From positions 945,340-988,824 of the forward strand of contig NC_057759.1 of NCBI RefSeq assembly GCF_004010195.1: a stretch of 43,485 nucleotides of DNA. The letters are read 5' to 3'. This document shows positions 34,530-43,485 of the stretch, piece by piece. Under the pieces are notes generated by a model, which worked only from the letters and a program-made list of their open reading frames with translations, was not told the origin of the DNA and did no database searches. This DNA comes from Chiloscyllium plagiosum. Lineage: Eukaryota. The position numbers and the translations under genes are program-made. Each line of letters opens with the position of its first letter. Positions within the stretch are counted from its first letter, which is position 1.

Positions 34530-35580
34530 TGGGGATGTTTGCCAAATTTTAGGGAGCGATTAAATAGAGTGAGGGAGTTGGTATTTAAAAGTAGCAAAGC
34601 ACATGATGAAACAGGAAGAAGACTAAAAAAAATTGCAACTTTGCCAATAGAGATAAAAATGTTTGTGTTACTTCCAGTGATAGGCGAACCATGAAAAAAA
34701 TAATTAAGTGGGCCCTTGCAAGTCGAAAGTAGATTAAATGAGGTGAATTATTTGATAAGAACACCAGAAAGAAAAAAGTCACACAGAGTGTATCATGGAA
34801 ATATGCTCCAAACTTACTTTGACAGGGAAAGAAAGCAATAGGAGGGTTTGTTATTGGTTATAGCAGAGAGCAAAGAATCAAGTTCCGAGGATTCTTATTT
34901 GGACACTCCTCAATTTAAAGTGGACAATGAGGAAGTTCTCAAAAATTGGATAAATTATTGAGTTACCTTTCATAGGAAAATCGAAATGAGCTGAAAGAGT
35001 TATAACTACTGCATCGGAAGGTTTTTGGAATAAGCTATGGAATACCAATCTAATTATGCATGATGCAGATATGAGTAATGGTTTTCCAGTTAGCAATATC
35101 TTGAAATACATGACCTACTAAAGGGCACCGGTACAAAAAGAATTTGACATAATGGAAGCATGTTACAGTGATTAGAGCTCACTGGTAGTAATGATGACAA
35201 AACCACTTTGTTACCAACTGTAAATTGTGGACTATCACAAATTCAACGCACTTACAAAGTCTGATTCATACCCGATTCCACGTTTGAAGACTGTATTGAG
35301 AAGGTGTAGCAAGGAGCTTATATTTCTAAGATGGAAATGTGTTGCTGGAAAAGCGCAGCAGGTCAGGCAGCATCTAGGGAACAGGAGAATCGACGTTTCG
35401 GGCATTAGCCCTTCTTCAGGAATTCCATCCTGAAGACCCATTAAACGTCTTGGAGAAATTTAAGGACAAAAATTCCAGACTTTTTCGATGGAGCTTATTA
35501 TTGCAGCCTTTTAATTTGAAATTTGTACTTGTGACAGGACAACAAAACATAATTGGTGACGCACTATTGAGACGTTGATG
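34530..35580 (+). mobile_element. Gmr1-type Gypsy LTR retrotransposon pol relic (INT, RT, RNase H order)
   Basis: Integrase C-terminus SGPLQVESRLNEVNYLIRTPERKKSHRVYHGNML (~34715-34810), RT N-terminus DYHKFNALTKSDSYPIPR (35230), RNase H end RLFRWSLLLQPFNL...NIIGDALLR stop (35578). Confidence 0.85.
35334..35424 (-). mobile_element. PLE-derived short element with intact minimal hammerhead core
   Basis: Minus-strand CTGAAGA-A-GGGC-TAAT-GCCC-GAAACGTC at 35419-35392. Confidence 0.85.
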
Positions 35581-35745
35581 AAAAAAGATGGAGGCGTTTC
35601 GTGGCAAGAATAAACAGATTGAAATAGAATGCAGTAGTGAATGTTTGCACTCTTCGGGGCAAAGAAATAAGTACGTATTTTAGCAAACACGTCGAGTAAG
35701 ACAGTGGGGTTTAAAAACGAGGCTATCCCTACATATTGATGATTC

Positions 35746-36956
35746 AAGAGAAGTGATTGCTGGGCCTCTTGCTGAGATATTTGTATCATCAATAGTCACA
35801 GGTGAGGTGCCAGAAGACTGGAGGTTGGCAAACGTGGTGCCACTTTGTAAGAAGGGTGGTAAAGACAAACCAGGGAACTATAGACCGGTGAGCCTGACCT
35901 CAATGGTGGGCAAGTTGTTGGAGGGAATCCTGAGGGACAGGATGTACATGTATTTGGAAAGGCAAGGACTGATTAGGGATAGTCAACATGGATTTGTGCG
36001 TGGAAATCATGTCTCACAAACTTGATTGAGTTTTTTGAGCAAATAACAAAGAAGATTGATGAGGGCAGAGCAGGAGATGTGATCTATGTGGACTTCAGTA
36101 AGGCGTTCGACAAGATTCCCGATGAGAGACTGATTAGCAAGGTTAGATCTCATGGAATACAGGGAGAACTAGTCATTTGGATACAGAACTGGCTCAACGG
36201 TAGAAGACAGCGGGTGTTGTTGGAGGGTTATTTTTCAGACTGGAGGCTTGTGACCAGTGGAGTGCCACAAGGTTCGGTGTTGGGCCCTCTACTTTTTGTC
36301 ATTTACATAAATGATTTGGATGCGAGCACAAGAGGTACAGTTAGAAAGTTTGCAGATGACGCCAAAATTGGAGGTGTCATGGACAGCGAAGAGGGTTACC
36401 TCAGATTACAACAGGATCTAGACCAGATGGGCCAATGGGCTGAGAAGTGGCAGATGGAGTTTAATTCAGATAAATGCGAGATGCTGCATTTTGGGAGGGT
36501 TGGAGGATTTGCGCTACAGGGAGAGGCTGAACAGACTGGGGCTGTTTTCCCTGGAGCGTCGGAGGCTGAGAGGTCACCTTATATTGATTTACAAAATTAT
36601 GAGGGGCATGGATAGGATAAATAGGCAAAGTTTTTTCCCTGGGGTTGGAGAGTCCAGAACTTGAGGGCATAGGTTTAGGGTGAGAGGGGAAATATATAAA
36701 AGAGACCTAAGGGGCAACTTTTTCACGCAGAGGGTGGTACGTGTATGGAATGAGTTGCCAGAGGATGTGGTGGAGGCTGGTACAATTGCAACATTTAAGA
36801 GGCATTTGGGTGGGTATATGAATACGAAGGGTTTGGAGGGATATGGGCCGGGTGCTGGCAGGTGGGGCTAGATTGGGTTGGGATATCTGGTCGGCTTGGA
36901 CGGGTTGGACTGAAGGGTCTGTTTCCATGCTGTACATCTGACTCTATGATTCTATG
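35746..36956 (+). mobile_element. Young 5'-truncated CR1/HER1 LINE (RT domain and 3' tail) with internal deletion
   Basis: GNYRPVSLTS, YVDFSKAFDKI, SGVPQGSVLGPLLFVIYINDL, KFADD; deletion near 36496 relative to the copy at 40590; CTATGATTCTATG tail. Confidence 0.95.
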
Positions 36957-39900
36957 TGACGATGTTGTCATTTTGAAAAGGGCATTTTTGTCTTAGCTTT
37001 AACTGAAGAGAGGTTTAAAACAAAGGTGTAGAACAATCTACTTGAAGATGACTTAAGTAAACAGCTTGTAAGGCCTTCTTGCTGTTTTTGAGGTTGGAAC
37101 AATTGAAGCAACCTCTCACAGCTCCATATTTCTGGGTTTTGTTTCTTTGTTTCAGTGACGTCAGAAGTCTTTGCAGACTCAAAAGGGTTGGACTCATTTT
37201 AGCTAGATGTTTCTTCCTTCCAGATTGGAGAACTGCACGTGAAAGTTTGTGTCTGAGTGTAACTTTTTGCCAAAGAATGTTTTCTGGAATGTTGCTATGT
37301 TTGTACAGTTAATTCGTAATAGGTACTGCATGGTTTGTTCAGTTATTTTTTTTCAATGGATAAGTCATTCTAAATATTCTCTTTCCTTTGCTTGTACTTT
37401 AACTATAGTGTTTAAATAAATTGTGTTTTGCTTAATGTCGAAAAGTTGGACCAGTTACATCACATTGGGAACACGCATTTCACATCTACATTTAAAATAA
37501 TTTTAAAAATCTATGATACTTTCTTAAATATTTTGAGGGGGTCTGGTCTAGTCCCTAAAACTGAGGGATAAAAAGTAGTGTGAAAACTATTGGGATTAAA
37601 GACTAATTATTTGAATCCATTATGAAGCAATTAATAACAAGATATTTGCAAAGATAAACCACAATCGATCAGAGTCACCATGGTTTTATAAAGGATGAAT
37701 CATGTCTGAAGTATTTGTTCGAGTCGATTAAAGATGCTACATGCCAAGTGAATAATGGGGTTCCTGCAGAAGTAATACATCTGGACTTCAAAACAAAATT
37801 GAATAATGTGCTGCACAAAAGATTTATCCCCAATATGGGGTTAGAAGTAATTGATCAGCTTAGATAGAGGATTGGTGAGCCAACAAAATACAGCAAGATG
37901 GAATAGTTAGACAGTTTTATGGTTAGCAACGTATGAGTGACAGAGTTTGCAATGTATTGTATTACATGAATGAGGGGATAGAAAATACTGCAGCCAAAAG
38001 GACAGATGACAGTAAAATAGCTGGTAAAATCTATATCAATGACGTGGAGTGATGGAACAGATGTATTGCAACTAATTTGGCGACGCTTCTACGTTAAGCA
38101 GGAATTTAAGTCAAGAATAGAAGGTGCAGAACATGCAAATGGACATAGTCAGGTAAAGTCATAACATAGAACACAGAACATAGAACATACAGCGCAGTAC
38201 AAAGTATTAGGCCCTCGATGTCGTGCTGACCTGAGAAACAAACCTGAAGCCCATCTAACTCCACGATTATGTTATCATCCCTATTTTTATCCAATGACCA
38301 CTGAAATGCCTTTAATGCTAGTGTGCCCACTACTGTTGCAGGTAAGATATTCCACAGCCTTTGAGTAAAGAACCTCATTTAAGAGGCATTTGGATGGGTA
38401 TATGAATACGAAGGGTTTGGAGGGATATGGGCCGGGTGCTGGCAGGTGGGACAATATTGGGTTGGGATATCTGGTCGGCATGGACGGGTTGGACTGAAAG
38501 GTCTGTTTCCATGCTGTACATCTCTCTGACTCTATGATTCTATGTGACGATGTTGTCATTTTGAAAAGGGCATTTTTGTCTTAGTTTTAACTGAAGAGAG
38601 GTTTAAAACAGAGGTGTAGAACTATCTACTTGAAGATGACTTAAGTAAACAGCTTGTAAGGCCTTCTTGCTGTTTTTGATTTTGGAACAATTGAAGCAAT
38701 CTCTCACAGCTCCATATTTCTGGGTTTTGTTTCTTTGTTTCAGTAACGTCAGCAGTCTTTGCAGACTCAATAGGGTTGGACGCATTTTAGTAAATGTTTC
38801 TTCCTTCCAGATTGGAGAACTGCACGTGAAGGTTTATGTCTGAGTGTAACTTTTTGCCAAAGAATGTTTTCTAGAATGTTGCTATGTTTGTACAGTTAAT
38901 TCGTAATAGGTACTGCATGGTTTGTTCAGTTATTTTTTTCAATGGATAAGTCATTCTAAAAATTATCTTTCCTTTGCTTGTACTTTACCTATAGTGTTTA
39001 AATAAATTGTGTTTTGCTTAATGTCAAAAGTTGGGCCAGTTACATCACATTGGGAACACGCATTTCACATCTACATTTAAAAGAATTAAAAAATTCTATG
39101 ATACTTTCTTAAATATTTTGAGGGGGTCTGGTCTAGTTCCTAAAACTGAGGGATAAAGAGTAGTGTGAAAACTATTGGGATTGAAGACTAATTATTTGAA
39201 TCCATTTTGAAGCAATTAATAACAAGATATTTGCAAAGATAAACCACAATCGATCAGAGTCACCATGGTTTTATAAAGGATGAATCATGTCTGAAGTATT
39301 TGTTCGAGTCGATTAAAGATGCTACATGCCAAGTGCATAATGGGGGTCCTGCAGAAGTAATACATCTGGACTTCAAAACAAAATTGAATAATATGCTGCA
39401 CAAAAGATTTATCCCCAATATGGGGTTAGAAGTAATTGATCAGCTTAGATAGAGGATTGGTGAGCCAACAAAATACAGCAAGATGGAATAGTTAGACAGT
39501 TTTGTGGTTAGCAACGTATGAGTGACAGAGTTTCAAGCCCCCAGTATTTGCAATGTATTGTATTACATGAATGAGGGGTAGAAAATACTGCAACCAAAAG
39601 GACAGATGACAGTAAAATAGCTGGTAAAATCTATATCAATGACGTGGAGTGATGGAACAGATGTATTGCAACTAATTTGGTGACGCTTCTACGTTAAGCA
39701 GGAATTTAAGTCAAGAATAGAAGGTGCAGAACATGCAAATGGACATAGTCAGGTAAAGTCATAACATAGAACACAGAACATAGAACATACAGCGCAGTAC
39801 AAAGTATTAGGCCCTCGATGTCGTGCTGACCTGAGAAACAAACCTGAAGCCCATCTAACTCCACGATTATGTTATCATCCCTATTTTTATCCAATGACCA

Positions 39901-39975
39901 CTGAAATGCCTTTAATGCTAGTGTGTCCACTACTGTTGCAGGAACGATATTCCACACCCTTTGAGTAAAGAACCT
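36792..39975. repeat. ~1.6-kb tandem duplication (36792-38375 / 38376-39975)
   Basis: Both copies start CATTTAAGAGGCATTTGG and end GAGTAAAGAACCT; scattered substitutions and a short indel near 39535-39550. Confidence 0.95.
36955..37560 (+). mobile_element. LTR, probable 3' LTR of the Gmr1-like element (duplicate copy at ~38543-39145)
   Basis: Starts TGTGACGATG, has AATAAA near 37415, ends GAGGGGGTCTGGTCTAGTCCCTAAAA (decayed terminus); follows the RNase H stop once the CR1 insertion is removed. Confidence 0.6.
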
Positions 39976-40590
39976 ACCTCTGACATGTGTCCTATATGTA
40001 TCAAGCCACAATTTAGAACTATGTACCTTCACGCTAGCCATCACGATCAGGGGAAATTGGCTCTCACTATGCACAGAGTTGAAAAGTGTGGTGTTTCAAA
40101 AACACAGCAGACCAGGCAGCATCCGAGGAGCAGAGAATCGACATTTCGGGCATAAGCCCTTCTTCAGGAATGCACTATGCACACCTTCGAATCCTCTGAT
40201 CATCGTGGATGCGCCTGTTAAGTCAGCACTTAAACGTATTCTCTCCAACGAAAACAGCCTCAGGTCTCTCAACAATTCCTCATAAGACCGTCCTTCCATA
40301 TTAGACATAAATTTAAGGTGAAGGTTGGAAGGTATAGGGGGGATATCAGGGGTAGGTTCTTTACCCAGAGAGTGGTGGGGGCCTGTGGGAGTGGCAGAGT
40401 CAAAATCATTGGTGGCCTTTAAGCAGCAATTGGATAGGTACATGGATAGGTGCTTAAGCTAGGACAAATGTTCGGCATAACATCGTGGACCGAAGGGCCT
40501 GTTCTGAGCTGTATTGTTCTATGTTCTGTGTTCTATGTTCTAGGCAACATCCTGGTAAATCTCCAATACACCCTTTCCAATGCTTCCACA
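39770..40590 (-). mobile_element. CR1 3' fragment hosting a hammerhead element and an oppositely oriented CR1 tail (40300-40540, +)
   Basis: Reverse strand MEGRSYEELLRDLRLFSLERIRLSADL and RGRFFTQRVWN; resumes at 40541 (TAGGCAACATCCTGGTAAAT). Confidence 0.75.
40076..40172 (-). mobile_element. 97-bp PLE-derived hammerhead element with 11-bp TSD
   Basis: CACTATGCACA at 40065-40075 and 40173-40183; minus-strand core CTGAAGA-A-GGGC-TTAT-GCCC-GAAATGTC at 40167-40140. Confidence 0.85.
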
Positions 40591-41545
40591 TTTGGATACG
40601 AGCACAAGAGTTACAGTTAGTAAGTTTGCAGATGACACCAAAATTGGAGGTGTCGTGGACAGTGAAGAGAGTCACCTCAGATTACATAAGGATCTGGACC
40701 AGATGGGCCAATGGGCTGAGAAGTGGCAGATGGAGTTTAATTCAGATAAATGCGAGATGCTGCATTTTGGGAAAGCAAATGTTAGCAGAATTTATACACT
40801 TAATGGTAAGGTCCTAGGGAGTGTTGGTGAACAAAGAGACCCTGGAGTGCAGTTCATAGCTCCTTGAAAGTGGAGTTGCAGGTAGGTAGGATAGTGAAGA
40901 AGGCGTTTGGTATGCTTTCCTTTATTGGTCAGAGTATTAAGTATAGGATTTGGGAGGTCATATTGCGGTTGTACAGGACACAGGTTAGGCCACTGTTGGA
41001 ATATTGTGTGCAATTCTGGTCTTCTTCCTATCGGAAAGATGTTGTGATACTTGAAAGGGTTCAGAAAAGATTTACAAGAATGTTGCCTGGGTTGGAGGAT
41101 CTGTGCTACAGGAGAGGCTGAACAGACTGGGGCTGTTTTCCCTGGAGCGTCGGAGGCTGAGGGGTGACCTTATAGAGGTTTACAAAATTATGAGGAGCAT
41201 GGATAGGATAAATAGATAAATAGATCTCTTTTCCCTGGGGTCGGGAAGTCCAGAACATGAGGGCATAGGTTTAGGGTGAGAGGGGAAAGATATAAAAGAG
41301 ATCTAAGGGGCAACCTTTTCATGCAGAGGGTGGTACGTGTATGGAATGAGTTGCCAGAAGACGTGGTGGAGGCTAGTACAATTGCAACATTTAAGAAGCA
41401 TTTGGATAGGTATATGAATAGGAAGTGTTTGAAAGGATATGGGCCGGGTGCTGGTAGGTGGGACTAGATTGAGTTGGGATACCTGGTCAGCATGGACGGG
41501 TTGGACCGAAGTGTCTGTTTCCATGCTGTACATCTTTGACTCTAT
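40590..41545 (+). mobile_element. Young 5'-truncated CR1/HER1 LINE
   Basis: SKFADDTKIGG, WQMEFN, VRPLLEYCVQFW, QRVVRVWNELP and 3' tail; same subfamily as 35746-36956. Confidence 0.95.
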
Positions 41546-41569
41546 TCTTCCCACAAAGCAGCGACGAGA

Positions 41570-42198
41570 ATTGTACATAATGCTCTATGTGTGGCCGCAT
41601 CTGAGTTTTGTACAGTTGCAGCATGACCTCATAGCTCCGAAATTCAATCCTTCTACTAATAAAAGCTAACACATCGTATGCCTTCTTAAAAACACTCCCA
41701 ACCTGATTGGCAACTTTCAGGGATAGACACCTCGCTGTGCTTCCCCATTTGCCCACTCTGCAGCTTATCTATGTCCCTGTGCAACCTGCAATATCATTCG
41801 GCACTGTCCACCACTCCAATAAATTTTGCGTCATCTGCAAACTTACTAACCCAAGCTCCATGCCCTCATCCAGGTCATTTGTAAAAATGACAAACGGTAG
41901 TTGCGCCAGATAGCATCTTTGGGGTACACTACTGGTAACTGAATTCCAGGACGAGCATTTCCTATCAACCACCAGCTGTCATCTTACAGCAAGTCAATGT
42001 CTGATCCAAACGACTAAATCACCCACAATATCATGCCTCCTTATATTCTACAATAACCTAAAGTGGGGAACCGCATCAAACGCTTTCCTGAAATCCATAT
42101 ACACCACATAAAATCGTTTACCTCACCCACCATTTTGGTCACCTTTTCAAAGAACTCAATGAGATTTGTGAGGCAAAACTTGCCCTTCGCAAAACCGT
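41570..42198 (-). mobile_element. Older CR1 RT fragment
   Basis: Reverse strand MDFRKAFDAVPH, VTSSVPQ, SKFADDAK. Confidence 0.8.
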
Positions 42199-42199
42199 G

Positions 42200-43056
42200 T
42201 TAGAACATAGAACAATACAGCACAGAACAGGCCCTTCGGCCCACGATGTTGTGCCGAACATTTGTCCTTGCTTAAGCACTCATCCATGCACCTATCCAAT
42301 TGCCACATAAAGGTCACCAAAGATTCTGACTCTACCACTCCCACAGGCAGCGCATTCCATGCCCCCACCACTCTCTGCGTAAAGAACCCACCCCTGACAT
42401 CTCCCCTATACCTTCCACCCTTCACCGTAAATTTATGTCCCCTTGTAACACTCGGTTGTGCCCGGGGAAAAAGTTTCTGACTGTCTACTCTACCTATTCC
42501 TCTGATCATCTTATAAACCTCTATCAAGTCACCCCTCATCCTTCGCCGTTCCAACGAGAAAAGGCCGAGAACTCTCAACCGATCCTCGTACGACTTCCTC
42601 TCCATTCCAGGCAACATCCTGGTAAATCTTCTCTGCAACCTCTCCAAAGCTCCCACATCTTTCCTAAAGTGAGGCGACCAGAACTGCACACAGTACTCCA
42701 AATGCGGCCTAACCAAAGTCCTGTACAGTTGCAACATCACTTCACGACTCTTGAATTCAATCCCTCTGCTAATGAACGATAATACTCCATAGACCTTCTT
42801 ACAAACTCTATCCACCTGAGTGGCAACCTTCAAAGATCTATGTACATAGACCCCAAGATCCCTCTGTTCCTCCACCTGACTAAGAACCCTACCATTAACC
42901 CTGTATTCCGCATTCTTATTTGTACTTCCAAAATGGACAACCTCACACTAGGCAGGGTTGAACTCCATCTGCCACTCCTCAGCCCAGCTCTGCATCATAT
43001 CTAAGTCCCTCTGCAGCCGACAACAGCCCTCCTCACTGTCCACAACTCCACCTATC
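42200..43056 (-). mobile_element. Young 5'-truncated CR1 LINE (open ORF2 C-terminus, ORF 42156..42875)
   Basis: RDLGVYVH...LYRTLVRPHLEYCVQFWSP...RRMRGDLIEVYK...TRGH...WNALP with (TTCTATG) tail. Confidence 0.95.
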
Positions 43057-43059
43057 TGT

Positions 43060-43485
43060 CTGTATTTTTAGCTCTGCTAAGTCGATTGATTTACAGTAGA
43101 AAGATGAGGAGTTAAAAAGTTATCTCAAAAGATATTTAACAAGAAAGAAAATGAATGCATTTCTGTATGTTATTACTTAACAAATGATGTTTTAATGCGG
43201 ATATGGAGATCAGCACACACTGAAGCAGGTCAGACGTGGACAGAAATTCATCAAATTGTTTTGCCTGTTGGGTGTAGAAAGGAGGTGCTGCGAGTGACAC
43301 ATGAGCGACCACCTGGAGATCATTTCGGGGTGAGGACAATACAGGCTGAAATACAAAGCTATTTTCATTGGCCTGGACTACACAAAGATGTAGTTGAATA
43401 TTGCCAGACATCTCAAACATGTCACACAGGCAGTAATAAAACCTGCAACTTTAATACCGATTCCAGCATTTGAGGAACCTTTCCT
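43060..43485 (+). mobile_element. Gypsy (likely Gmr1-type) integrase N-terminal zinc-binding fragment
   Basis: QIVLPVGCRKEVLRVTHERPPGDHFGVR...FHWPGLHKDVVEYCQTSQTC...LIPIPAFEEPF, an HHCC-type domain with one Cys lost. Confidence 0.85.

Noticed and set aside
36955..39145. Two LTR copies suggesting an intact short LTR element
   Set aside because: The flanking CR1 sequence is duplicated with them, so they come from the 1.6-kb tandem duplication; no PBS, PPT or TSD.
42156..42875. 239-aa ORF as a host gene
   Set aside because: It is the C-terminus of CR1 ORF2 in a 5'-truncated LINE copy.

Overview
Eukaryotic, repeat-dense genomic DNA, most likely from a cartilaginous fish (inferred from HER1/CR1-type LINEs, HE1-like V-SINEs and SacSINE1-like DeuSINEs). 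It has two assembly gaps (2180-2715, 30363-30862). Most of the window is fragmented CR1 LINEs, SINEs, Penelope-like element (PLE) relics, a Gmr1-type Gypsy relic (INT-RT-RH order) with its LTR, and simple repeats. The ORF track misses a spliced minus-strand gene for an FcR-like/PECAM-like Ig-superfamily receptor: an Ig exon (19805-19510, frameshifted and Cys>Ser), a TM exon (18713-18615) and short phase-compatible cytoplasmic exons carrying ITIMs (LEYAVV, LVYSEV). A recent 718-bp tandem duplication copies an in-frame ITIM exon pair. Also present are a decayed ~220-codon exon of unknown identity (6094-5210), a C2H2 zinc-finger relic, and a dispersed family of ~100-210 bp PLE-derived elements with minimal hammerhead-ribozyme cores, some as inverted dimers, some with 11-13 bp target-site duplications and some at host deletions. 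TE boundaries are approximate and family names come from motif recognition, not database searches.
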